From: an uncultured delta proteobacterium
Lineage (GTDB): Bacteria; Myxococcota_A; Polyangia; Palsa-1104
Assembly: GCA_963785725.1 (NCBI GenBank)
Contig: CAWAWS010000003.1
Coordinates: forward strand, 256,001-320,000
Direction of reading: 5' to 3'
Length of the DNA stretch: 64,000 nucleotides
The first letter of the stretch is position 1. Every line of letters begins with the position of its first letter. A program made the translations under genes and the position numbers. Shown piece after piece: positions 9,694 to 18,888 of the stretch. The notes under the pieces were generated by a model that ran no database searches, was not told where the DNA came from, and saw only the letters and a list, made by a program, of their open reading frames with translations.

Positions 9694-10713
9694 ATGACGA
9701 CGAATATCGAGCAGCAGCAGTCGAGAACGATTATTTCGCGGACGACACGAGCGTGGCTGGCGGCAGCCTTGGCGCTCATCGCGGGCGGTTGCGGCGCGGC
9801 GCCGAAAGCGGGCGCGCGCCACGCCGAGCTGCCGCCGGAGCTGATGACGCACTTCGACGCCAAGGCGGCCGAGCTGCCCGAAGGGCTCGCCATTCGCGAC
9901 CAGCGCGCTTATGTGGGCTTCGCGCCCAGCGGCGCCATCGCCGCCGTCGACCTGAAGACCGGCGGTGTCACCCGCTTCGCCAAGCTGCCGTCGCCGGTGC
10001 CGGGGAAAGGGTTCATGACCGGCCTCGCCTTCAGCGGCAGCGGGCTGTATGCGGCGCTGGTCTCGTTCGTGCCCGAAGTCGCCGCCGGCATCTATCGCGT
10101 CCCGGCGAGCGGCGGCGCGGCGACGCTCTTCGGACACCACCCGCACATGCTGTTTCCGAACGGCATCGCGCCCGCCGCGCGCGGCACGCTGTACGTCACC
10201 GACTCGGCCGCCGGCGCCATCTTCCGCGTCGCCGCCGACGGCACCACCGAGGAGTGGCTGCACGACGACCTCTTGCGCGGCGGCAAAGACGCGTGCGGCC
10301 CCGGCAAAGGCGTCGGGCTGCCATTCGATATCGGCGCCAACGGCATCGTCATCAAAGACGGCGCGCTCTATGTCACCAACACCGATAAGGCGACGTTGAT
10401 TCGCGTGCCCATCGGCGCCGACGGCGGCGCCGGCGCGCCGCGCGTGCTGGCCGGTCCCGACTGCGATCGCCTGAGCGGCGCCGACGGACTGACGGTCGCG
10501 CCCGACGGCGCCTTCATCGTCGCCGCCAATCACCTGGGCGCGCTCGTGCGCATCGACGCCGCGGGCACGATCGAGACGCTCTACCACGGCGCGCCGCTCG
10601 ACTTCCCGGCGAGCGTCGCGTTCGTCGGGGGCACGCTCTTCGCCTCCAACTTCTCGTTCCTCGACGCCGCGACGACGCAGGCGGCGCCCGGCCTCATCCG
10701 CATCAGCTACTGA
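9694..10713 (+). CDS. SMP-30/gluconolactonase-like beta-propeller lipoprotein, copy 1
   Basis: AGGC lipobox; LPEGLA, FPNGIA, LYVTDS, GANGI, GADGL, DFPAS; AGGAG RBS. Confidence 0.85.
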   Translation: MTTNIEQQQSRTIISRTTRAWLAAALALIAGGCGAAPKAGARHAELPPELMTHFDAKAAELPEGLAIRDQRAYVGFAPSGAIAAVDLKTGGVTRFAKLPSPVPGKGFMTGLAFSGSGLYAALVSFVPEVAAGIYRVPASGGAATLFGHHPHMLFPNGIAPAARGTLYVTDSAAGAIFRVAADGTTEEWLHDDLLRGGKDACGPGKGVGLPFDIGANGIVIKDGALYVTNTDKATLIRVPIGADGGAGAPRVLAGPDCDRLSGADGLTVAPDGAFIVAANHLGALVRIDAAGTIETLYHGAPLDFPASVAFVGGTLFASNFSFLDAATTQAAPGLIRISY

Positions 10714-10760
10714 GCCTCACGCCCTTCATCCCTGCGAATCGGAGAGCCGCCATGACGCCA

Positions 10761-10870
10761 ATGATTAGCCACCGTATCACTTTCGCGAAAGCAATCAGCC
10801 GCCCTATCGGCTTGGCCAAGGTGATGAGCCACCGCAGCAATCTCGTGAAAGTAATTAGCCACCGTATTAC
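10761..10870. repeat. Four degenerate copies of ATTAGCCACCGTAT at exact 30-bp period
   Basis: Units begin at 10761, 10791, 10821 and 10851 (atgattagccaccgtatc / gcaatcagccgccctatc / gtgatgagccaccgcagc / gtaattagccaccgtatt). Confidence 0.8.
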
Positions 10871-10919
10871 TTCGGCGCTGCTGTTGCTGCTGACGCTCAG
10901 CCAACGCCGCTTGGCCGCG

Positions 10920-11873
10920 ATGAGGCGCCGTACCAGTTTGGCGGCGCTGCTGTTGCTCGGCGCGGCGGTCGGCTGCTCGTCGGCGGCCTGGCCGACGGCA
11001 CCGACGACGGCCGACGAGCTGGTGCATCTCGACGCGGCGCAAGGTCAGCTGTCCGAGGGCTTGGCGCTGCACGACGGCGCGGCCTATCTCGGCTTCGCCG
11101 CGTCGGCGCAAGTGGTGGCGATCGACCTGGCCGGCGGCAAGCTGACGCCCTACTCGTCCTTGCCGACGCCGGCCGCGGGCGCCGGCTTCGTCACCGGCTT
11201 GGCCTTCTTCGGCGACGATCTGTACGGCGCGCTCGTCTCGTTCGTCCCCGACGTGCAAGCAGGAATCTATCGCGCCGCGAGCGCCGGCGCGCCGGCGACG
11301 CTCTTCGCCAAGGACCCGGACATGATCTTCCCCAACGGGCTGTGGTTCGACACGGGCGGCCTCCTCTATGTCACCGACTCGGCCGCGGGCGTCATCTTTC
11401 GCATCACGACGGACGGAGTCGTGAGCAAGTGGGCGAGCGATCCGCTGCTCGTCGGCGGCAAAGACTACTGCGGCGCCGGCAAGGGCGTGGGCGTGTCGTT
11501 CGACATCGGCGCCAATGGCATCGTCCGCAAAGGCGACGCGTTCTATGTCACCAACACCGATAAGGCCTCGGTCATTCGCATTCCCATCGCCGCTGACGGA
11601 TCGGCCGGCCCGGCGACGGCCTTCAGCGGACCCAGCTGCGCCGACCTGAGCGGCGCCGACGGCATCACGCTCGCGCCCGACGGCGACTTCGTCGTCGCCA
11701 GCAACCACTTGAGCCAGCTCCTGCGCGTCGACGGCAAAGGCGTCGTGACGCCGATCTTGTCCGGCGCGCCGCTCGACTTCCCGACGAGCATGGTCTTCCA
11801 GAACGACGAGCTCTACGTCAGCAACTTCGCCTTCCTCGACGCGCTGAACCCGGGCCTGTTGCGCATCAAATAA
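10920..11873 (+). CDS. SMP-30/gluconolactonase-like beta-propeller lipoprotein, copy 2 (tandem paralog)
   Basis: AVGC lipobox; shares ALVSFVP, GGKD.CG.GKGVG..FDIGANGI, YVTNTDKA and SNF.FLDA with copy 1. Confidence 0.85.
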   Translation: MRRRTSLAALLLLGAAVGCSSAAWPTAPTTADELVHLDAAQGQLSEGLALHDGAAYLGFAASAQVVAIDLAGGKLTPYSSLPTPAAGAGFVTGLAFFGDDLYGALVSFVPDVQAGIYRAASAGAPATLFAKDPDMIFPNGLWFDTGGLLYVTDSAAGVIFRITTDGVVSKWASDPLLVGGKDYCGAGKGVGVSFDIGANGIVRKGDAFYVTNTDKASVIRIPIAADGSAGPATAFSGPSCADLSGADGITLAPDGDFVVASNHLSQLLRVDGKGVVTPILSGAPLDFPTSMVFQNDELYVSNFAFLDALNPGLLRIK

Positions 11874-11952
11874 TCAGCCGCCGGATTACTTCAGTCGGGC
11901 GCCCTATCGAGTCGCTCGTGCCGCGTCACTTCCGTAAGCTGACGCTGCGAGT

Positions 11953-12068
11953 AATTGGCCACCGTATCAACCAGCCGGCAGTTAGCCGCCGTACTGATTT
12001 AGTTAGCCACCGTATCAATCGGCCGGTAGTTAGCCGCCGTACTGGTTTAGTTAGCCACCGTATCAACC
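11953..12068. repeat. 48-bp tandem repeat containing five AGTTAGCC(A/G)CCGTA motifs
   Basis: Motifs at 11953, 11980, 12001, 12028 and 12049 (27/21 alternation); same core as the 10761 array; one further weak copy near 11872. Confidence 0.88.
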
Positions 12069-13373
12069 GCAGTGAGGCGCATCGTGGACAAGCTTCGCAT
12101 TCTCGCGCTGCACGGCTATCACGGCAGCGCCGCTATCTTGCAGAGCCAGCTGCGTCCGCTGGCCGAGGCGTCGAGCCCGCTGGCGGACTTCGTCTATGTC
12201 GACGCCCCGTCGCTGGCGAACGGCGACTTCGGTTGGTGGCACGCCAGCGGCAAGGAGGGTTCCATCCGCTACCAGGGTTGGTCGCGAACGCGCGATTGGC
12301 TGAAGCAGCTTTGCGCTACGAAAGGTCCGTTCGACGGCGTCTTCGGCTTCAGCCAAGGCGCGGCGCTGACCGCGCTCCTCGTAGGACTGTGCGCGGCCGA
12401 GCCGCGGCGTCCCGAGGCGCAGCTGCACTTCGACTTCGCCATGCTGGTCGGCGGCTTCGCCAGCGGCGACGCGCGTCATGCGCCGCTCTACGAAGCCCTG
12501 CGCGGCCACGAGCTGCCGACGTTGCACCTCATCGGCCGCTCGGATTCGATCGTCTCGAGCACGCGGTCGCACGCGTTGGCGCGGCGCTTCGAATCGCCGC
12601 TGATTCTCGAGCATGACGGCGGCCACGTCATCGCGGCCACGCCGCCGATTCGCCGCGACGTGCACGCATTCCTCGAGCGAATGGCGCAGCGGCGGCGATT
12701 GCGCCGTGAAGGACGAGCCGGTCGAACGGCGACCGCAGTCGCGCAGGCGGCGCGGCGTCCGACGTCAGCGTCGCCATCGCAATCATCCCCGCCGTGGCAA
12801 TCGTCGCCCCACTATTCGCAGTCGCCGTCCTATTCGTCTTCGCCGTCGCATTCGCCGTCACGTTTGTCCTCGCCGTCGCCATCGCCGTCGTCCTATTCAT
12901 CCTCGCCATCGCAAGGGCCGTCACGTTTGTCCTCGCCGTCGCCATCGTCACCGTCCTATTCGTCCTCGCGCTCACAATCGGGATCCATCGCGCTGCCCGC
13001 CGGGCCGCTCGACGTGCCGTTGTGGAGCGGGCGCGCGCATCCGGCCTTGCGCATCCACTGGCCGACCGGCGCGCGCGCCGCGTCTTTGCCGGCGCTGCTC
13101 GTCTTCCGCGGCGGCGCCTACGCCACCGATCACGGCAGCGGGGAAGGCACCGCCGAGTGGGCTGCGCAGCACGGCCTCATCGGCGTCGAAGTCGAATACG
13201 CCACGCGCGCCACGCGGCAGTCATACCCCGCCGGGTATGCCGACGCGGCGCGCGCCATGCGGCTCGTCCGCAAGCACGCCGCCGAATGGGGCATCGATCC
13301 CGCGCGCGTCGGCGTCGTCGGCTATTCCGCCGGCGGCCACCTGGCGTCGCTGTTGAGCACGCAGCCGGCCTTA

Positions 13374-14706
13374 GGGCCCGCGAATGGTCGAGTCGATCGA
13401 GTTGGGCGAAAGAAGATCGCGCTCGGGGATCGACAAGGACCGTCTGGCGTGATTTATCTTCGGAGTGGACGCCGAAGAGTTGGTTCGTCAGAAGTGGCGA
13501 CTGCTGAATCCGACGATGGACGAACGCGCTCGTCGACTGTGGGCCGGCGCTGAGGCGGGCGCCATCGGCTACGGAGGTGTGGCCGCCGTGGCGCGGGCGA
13601 CGGGGATGGCAATCAGCACCGTGCGCAAGGGTCGCGACGAGGCACGTGCCGGCGCGCGTCCCGAAGACGTAGTCAAGGTTCGGCGCAGTAGTGGGAAGCG
13701 ACCGTTCGAGGTCGCGCATCCGACGGTATGGCCCGCGCTCGAGAGACTCATCGATCCAGTCACGCGGGGCGATCCGGAGTCGCCGCTCCGGTGGACGAGC
13801 AAAAGCACGCAAGTGCTGTCGGCCGAACTGTTCGCTCGGCACGTGATTCGGGTCAGCGACCGGACCGTGGCCAAGTTGCTCCGCAGCCACGGATACAGCC
13901 TTCAGGCGCCGAACAAAGCGGTCGAGGGAGCGCAGCACCCGGACCGCAACGCGCAGTTCGAGCACATCAACGCCAAGGCCCAGGCCTGCGTCGAGCGTGG
14001 CGTGCCGGTGATCTCCGTCGACACGAAGAAGAAAGAGCTGGTCGGCAATTTCAAGAATGGCGGCCGCGAATGGCAGCTCAAAGGCGAGCCGGAGTTGGTG
14101 GACGTCCACGACTTTCCGTCCGACGCGGTGGGCAAGGCTATCCCGTATGGGGTCTACGACGTGGCCGCCAACGACGGTTTCGTGAGCGTCGGCGTCAATC
14201 ACGACACCCCGGTCTTCGCGGTAACTTCTATCGAAGCCTGGTGGAGGCTGCTGGGTCAGAAACGTTATCCGAAGGCGCGAGAGATTTTCATCACCGCCGA
14301 TGCGGGCGGCAGCAACAGCTATCGATCACACGTGTGGAAACAGCAGCTTCAGCGGCTGGCAGACAAGCTCGGGCTGGCTGTCCACGTGAGTCATTTTCCG
14401 CCGGGTACCAGCAAGTGGAACAAGGTCGAGCACCGACTGTTTTCGTTCATATCGATCAACTGGCGAGGGCGACCGCTGCGGTCGTACGAGACGATCATCA
14501 ATCTGATCGGCAACACGACCAACGTCGGTGGGCTGGTCGTGCGCGCGCGCCTCGATCGTCGCAACTATCCTATCGGCAAGAAGGTCTCAGCGAAGGAGCT
14601 TCGCGAGCTGAAGATCGACAGACACGACTTCCACGGCGATTGGAACTACGTGATCAAACCGCGCAACGCGCAAGGCTGATCGGCCGACTTGTGCATTCGC
14701 GGGCCC
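13374..14706 (+). mobile_element. ISAzo13-family insertion sequence, 1333 bp
   Basis: Terminal IRs GGGCCCGCGAATG / CATTCGCGGGCCC (13 bp perfect, imperfect to about 27 bp); TTA duplicated at 13371-13373 and 14707-14709. Confidence 0.95.
13465..14679 (+). CDS. ISAzo13-family DDE transposase
   Basis: GDPESPLRWTSKS, HPDRNAQFEHIN, ISVDTKKKELVGNF, ADAGGSN, HFPPGTSKWNKVEHRLFS, FHGDWNY. Confidence 0.97.
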   Translation: MDAEELVRQKWRLLNPTMDERARRLWAGAEAGAIGYGGVAAVARATGMAISTVRKGRDEARAGARPEDVVKVRRSSGKRPFEVAHPTVWPALERLIDPVTRGDPESPLRWTSKSTQVLSAELFARHVIRVSDRTVAKLLRSHGYSLQAPNKAVEGAQHPDRNAQFEHINAKAQACVERGVPVISVDTKKKELVGNFKNGGREWQLKGEPELVDVHDFPSDAVGKAIPYGVYDVAANDGFVSVGVNHDTPVFAVTSIEAWWRLLGQKRYPKAREIFITADAGGSNSYRSHVWKQQLQRLADKLGLAVHVSHFPPGTSKWNKVEHRLFSFISINWRGRPLRSYETIINLIGNTTNVGGLVVRARLDRRNYPIGKKVSAKELRELKIDRHDFHGDWNYVIKPRNAQG

Positions 14707-15281
14707 TTACCCGGCGATGGCGCCGACGATCTGGCCGCGCAGGTCTCGGCGCGCCCCGACCTCGTCGTGCTCGCTTATCCGCTCATTTCGTTCGTCGATC
14801 ATTATCGGCGCGGCGCCTTCGTCGGCTCGGTCGAAAACTTCTTCGGTCGCAGCGACATCAGCGATGACGAACGCCGCCAATTCTCCAACGAGCTGCACGT
14901 CACCGCCACGCACCCGCCCGTCTTCGTTTGGACGACCGAGGACGACGCGCTCGTGCCGTATACCCATTCGCAGCGATTCGTCGCGGCTTGCCGGCGCGCC
15001 AACGTGCCGGTCACCTATCGGCTGTACGCGCACGGGCCGCACGGCCTCGGACTGGCGCTCGACGAGCCCGGCGATGTGGCCGGCTGGACTACAAAGCTCG
15101 CCGAATGGCTAAAGCAGCAATGGAATCTGCAGCCATAACCCCACGCCCTCGCGAATAGAGCGTAAGCGCGCAATCAGGTCGGCGGATTGCAGTCATTGCG
15201 CCGTGACGTAAGCCGCGGAGTGCGTCGTAAAGAGGGAACATTGTCGAAGCCTTAATGGTAATGAATGAATTGGAGGCTTCG

Positions 15282-16226
15282 ATGATTGAACGTGCGCGCT
15301 CGGGTTTGGCTGCCGTCCTCTTCTTCACGGCGAGCACGTCGCTGGCCGCGGCGCCGAGCCCGAAGGACAAGATCTTCGCGAAGCTGGAGGCGCACGACAT
15401 GAGCGGCGCCGAAGCGGCATTGGCCCGCTGGAAGGCCGACAAAGGCGAAGCCGATCCCGAATATTGGGTGGCCGGCGCCAATGTTTATTTCGAAATGGGC
15501 TATCAATCGACGCTGGCGCTCGAGAGTCTGCCGGCCGCTCAAGACAAGGTCGGAGACGGCAAGAGCGTCGTTTTCTCCGACAAAAAGAGCGGTAAGCCGG
15601 TGGGCGTCATTACCGCGGGCGCACCCCATATCGATATGCCGACGATCAAGAAGGCGATCGGCTATCTCGACGAAGGGGTGCGCCGCTTTCCCAATCGACT
15701 CGATATGTTCGTCGGGCGCGCGCACCTCTATCGCACCATCGGCGATCTGCCGGGCGAGTTGGCGGCGCTGACCAGCTTGACCAAAGATCCGCAGGCCAAA
15801 GCCGCGCCTTTCAAGGACGGCGACGCGCCGCTCACGCGCTCTCTCGAGGATTGGCAGGTCACGATGCTGAACACTTACGCGCGCGAGCACTTCGACGCCG
15901 ACGGCGACGAGCAGTGGCGCGACGGCATCGCGGTGGCCACGCTGTTGACGAAGCAGTTTCCCAAGCGCGCCGAGGGCTACAACCTGCTCGCAGTGGGCGC
16001 GACGATGCAGGGCGATTGGAGCGCGGCCAAGCGGCAGTTCGAGGCGGCGCTGAGCGTGGCGCCGCGCGACGCGCTGGTCGTCGGCAATCTCGGCTACTGC
16101 TTGGAGAAGCTGGGCGACAACAAGGGCGCGATCGCGCAATACGAGAAGGTCGTGGCGCTCGACAATGACGCGAGCGAGGTGGCGCGCGCCAAGAGCCGGC
16201 TGGCGGCGCTGCAGGGCGCGAAGTAG
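15282..16226 (+). CDS. Secreted tetratricopeptide-repeat protein
   Basis: Signal peptide; C-terminal TPRs (AEGYNLLA..., VGNLGYCLEKLGDNKGAIAQYEKVVALD); GGAGG RBS. Confidence 0.8.
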   Translation: MIERARSGLAAVLFFTASTSLAAAPSPKDKIFAKLEAHDMSGAEAALARWKADKGEADPEYWVAGANVYFEMGYQSTLALESLPAAQDKVGDGKSVVFSDKKSGKPVGVITAGAPHIDMPTIKKAIGYLDEGVRRFPNRLDMFVGRAHLYRTIGDLPGELAALTSLTKDPQAKAAPFKDGDAPLTRSLEDWQVTMLNTYAREHFDADGDEQWRDGIAVATLLTKQFPKRAEGYNLLAVGATMQGDWSAAKRQFEAALSVAPRDALVVGNLGYCLEKLGDNKGAIAQYEKVVALDNDASEVARAKSRLAALQGAK

Positions 16227-16456
16227 GCACACCCGCCTGCACGCGGTCCGCATGGCCGCACCGCGATCGCGACCGAGCCGTCAGCCGACGCCGCGCGCGG
16301 CCACGCGTAAATCAGCTATTCGCCCGCGCCACCGACGAGAACCGCGTAGCCCCGTCATCCACAGCCGGCGGCGACGCCAACTGCGCCAGCCACTCATCTG
16401 CGCGATTGCTGCGTGCGTCTTCGCACACTTGGCGCGGCGGCGACCTTCGCCACGGC

Positions 16457-16472
16457 TGGCCGCGCGCTTGCA
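16457..16472 (+). promoter_or_regulatory. sigma54 -24/-12 promoter
   Basis: TGGC-CGCGCGC-TTGCA just upstream of the GGAGG RBS and GTG 16496. Confidence 0.7.
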
Positions 16473-16495
16473 ATATCGGCGGCGCGGAGGATCCC

Positions 16496-16822
16496 GTGAA
16501 GACCTTATCGACGCTCATGCTCGGCCTCGCCATCGTCGCCGCCCCGCTCGCCGCCCACGCCGACGGCCAATACCAAACCATCGACTCCGTCAATCGCCGC
16601 GGCGACACCGCCATCGCCATCAGCGGCGTGCTCGTCGGCGACTCGACCTCGACGCCCAGCTACATCAGCAACAGCAGCTCTGTCAGCCTCGTCGATGCCT
16701 GCGAACGCGGCGCGCTCCTCATGATGGCGCATCCGGGCCGCTACTTGCTCAGCATGTATGCCACCAACAACGGCTGCACGCTCACGCCCGCGCCGGCGCC
16801 CACGCCCGCCAAGACGAACTGA
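16496..16822 (+). CDS. Small secreted protein with CERxALLMMxxPGR motif, paralog A
   Basis: Signal peptide (AAHA); DACERGALLMMAHPGRYLL...GCTL. Confidence 0.75.
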   Translation: MKTLSTLMLGLAIVAAPLAAHADGQYQTIDSVNRRGDTAIAISGVLVGDSTSTPSYISNSSSVSLVDACERGALLMMAHPGRYLLSMYATNNGCTLTPAPAPTPAKTN

Positions 16823-16833
16823 GGAGAATGCCC

Positions 16834-17157
16834 ATGCTGCGTACCCTTTGTGTGCTCGTGCTCGTCGGTATCGGCTCCATCGTCGAGGCCGACACGCTGC
16901 CGGCGGCGGTCACGCTCTCGACGGTCGATCAGTTCGACCGCCAATTCAACGATATGACGTTCGTCGGAATCGTCAGTGGGCAGTCGACGGCGAGCACCTT
17001 CAATGTCAGCGCGTACGACAGCACGGGTCTGACCGGCAACACCTGCGAGCGTGCCGCGCTCTTGATGATGAGCCGGCCGGGCCGATTCCAGCTGCTCATC
17101 TCGCCCGATGACACGGACTACGGCGTTCATTGCCGTTTGATTCGGTTGACCCAATGA
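16834..17157 (+). CDS. Small secreted protein with CERxALLMMxxPGR motif, paralog B
   Basis: GAGGAG RBS overlaps the previous stop; TCERAALLMMSRPGRFQL...HCRL; stop overlaps the next ATG (ATGA). Confidence 0.75.
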   Translation: MLRTLCVLVLVGIGSIVEADTLPAAVTLSTVDQFDRQFNDMTFVGIVSGQSTASTFNVSAYDSTGLTGNTCERAALLMMSRPGRFQLLISPDDTDYGVHCRLIRLTQ

Positions 17158-18806
17158 TTCGGCGCGCGCTCGTCATCGCGGCGCTCGCCACCGCCGGCTG
17201 CGGCGATCCGCCGCTCGTCAAGGTGCAACCCACGCCTGTCGACGCCGACGGCGACGGCTACAACGCCAGCGTCGACTGCAATGACCACGATCCGACCGTG
17301 TGGTCGCTGCAGCCGTTCTATGTCGACGGCGACGGCGACGGCTTCGGCAGCGGCGCGCCGAGCACGCTGTGCGCCGGCGCCACGCCGCCCAAAGGCTACG
17401 CCGTCAAGAACGGCGACTGCGCGCCCGCCGACGCCACGCGCTGGCAGACGCTCGACTACAGCGCGGTCGACGCCGACGGCGACCACTTCTTCGTCGCCAA
17501 ATTCGGGCAGCTGTGCAGCGGCGCCGAGCTGCCGGCCGGCTACTCCGCCAGCGCCGTCGTCTCGCCCGACTGCGACGACACGAACCCAAACGTGTGGACG
17601 CAAGGCAGCTTCTATCGCGACGCCGACGGCGACGGCTACACGCTGTCGCCACCGGTGAGCCTCTGCGCGGGCGCCGCGCCGCCCGCCGGCTACGCCGCCA
17701 CGTTCGCCGGCCCCGACTGCGACGACACCAACCCGGCCATCTTCAAGCCCTGGTCGGTCTACGTCGACGGTGACGGCGACGGCTTCGGCACCGGCGCGCT
17801 CGTCGTCGTGTGCCAGGGCGCGAGCTTCCCGAGCGGCTACTCCGCGCTCGACACCGACTGCAACGACGCCAACGCCGGCGTCTGGGCCTCGCTCAACTAC
17901 GGCTTCCGCGACGCCGACGGCGACAGCTACACCATCGCCACCGCGGGCACGTTGTGCACCAACGGCAGCTTGCCCGCCGGCTACCTCGCGTCCGCCCACG
18001 GCAGCGACTGCAACGACGCCGACCCCACGGTCTGGCAGAGCTACAACGCCTGGACCGACAGCGATGGCGACGGCTATGGCGGCGGCAGCGAGCAGCAGCT
18101 GTGCGCCGGCGCGCAGCTGCCGAGCGGCTACGTCACGCGCGGCGGCGACTGCGCGCCCACCGACGCCACGCGCTGGCAGACGCTCGCCTACAGCTATCGC
18201 GACGCCGACGGCGACGGCTACACGGTCGCGCAGAGCGGCAGCTTGTGCAGCGGCGCGGCCCTCCCCGCCGGCTACGCGACGAGCGCCGGCAAAGGCGCCG
18301 ACTGCAACGACGCCGACCCGAGCGTCTTCGTCGGCCTCACGGCGTACGTCGACAGCGACGGGGACGGCGTCGGCAGCGGCAGCGCGGCCACGTTCTGCAC
18401 CAGCGGCGCCACGCCCGCCGGCTACGCGCTCACCGGCAGCGACTGCGCGCCCAGCGACGCCACCCGCTGGCAAGAGCTGCCCTACAGCTTCGTCGACAAC
18501 GACGGCGACGGCTACACCGTCGGCATGAGCGGCCAAGTCTGCGCCGGCGCCGCCTTGCCCAAGCCTTACGCGGCCGCGGCCAACGGCAACGACTGCAACG
18601 ACGCCGACCCGAGCGTCTACCGTTACGTCGTGCTCTACACCGACAGCGACGGCGACGGCGTCGGCGTCATGCCGCGGCAAATCCCCTGCTTGGGCGCGAC
18701 CATCCCCGCCGGCTGGTCCATCTACGGCGACGACGTCAACGACAACGACCCGACGCAGCAGCTCGACGACGGCGACATCGACGACCTCCTCGCCATCCTC
18801 TTCTAA
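17154..18806 (+). CDS. Lipoprotein with 11 MopE-related/putative metal-binding repeats
   Basis: TAGC lipobox; eleven ~49-aa units DxDGDG[YF]...C...P.GY...DC[ND]DxDP. Confidence 0.88.
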   Translation: MIRRALVIAALATAGCGDPPLVKVQPTPVDADGDGYNASVDCNDHDPTVWSLQPFYVDGDGDGFGSGAPSTLCAGATPPKGYAVKNGDCAPADATRWQTLDYSAVDADGDHFFVAKFGQLCSGAELPAGYSASAVVSPDCDDTNPNVWTQGSFYRDADGDGYTLSPPVSLCAGAAPPAGYAATFAGPDCDDTNPAIFKPWSVYVDGDGDGFGTGALVVVCQGASFPSGYSALDTDCNDANAGVWASLNYGFRDADGDSYTIATAGTLCTNGSLPAGYLASAHGSDCNDADPTVWQSYNAWTDSDGDGYGGGSEQQLCAGAQLPSGYVTRGGDCAPTDATRWQTLAYSYRDADGDGYTVAQSGSLCSGAALPAGYATSAGKGADCNDADPSVFVGLTAYVDSDGDGVGSGSAATFCTSGATPAGYALTGSDCAPSDATRWQELPYSFVDNDGDGYTVGMSGQVCAGAALPKPYAAAANGNDCNDADPSVYRYVVLYTDSDGDGVGVMPRQIPCLGATIPAGWSIYGDDVNDNDPTQQLDDGDIDDLLAILF

Positions 18807-18888
18807 CGGCATCGACGAGCGCCGATATCGTATCCGCTACGTTACTGGCCCGATATCCAACTAGCCTATCTTCGTTATGATCAAGGCC

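Larger units (their letters stand above)
12084..15138 (+). pseudogene. FSH1-type serine hydrolase + Ser/Pro linker + alpha/beta esterase fusion, interrupted by IS
   Basis: ILALHG, GFSQG, EHDGGHVI (FSH1); GYSAGGHLA before the IS; RPDLVVLAYP, EDDALVP, HGPHGLGL after it. Removing the IS and one TTA restores ...TQPAL-PGDGADDL... in frame (about 572 aa). Confidence 0.88.

Noticed and set aside
10761..12068. CRISPR array
   Set aside because: Repeat core is only about 14-17 bp, intervening segments are short and partly repeated, and no cas genes are present.
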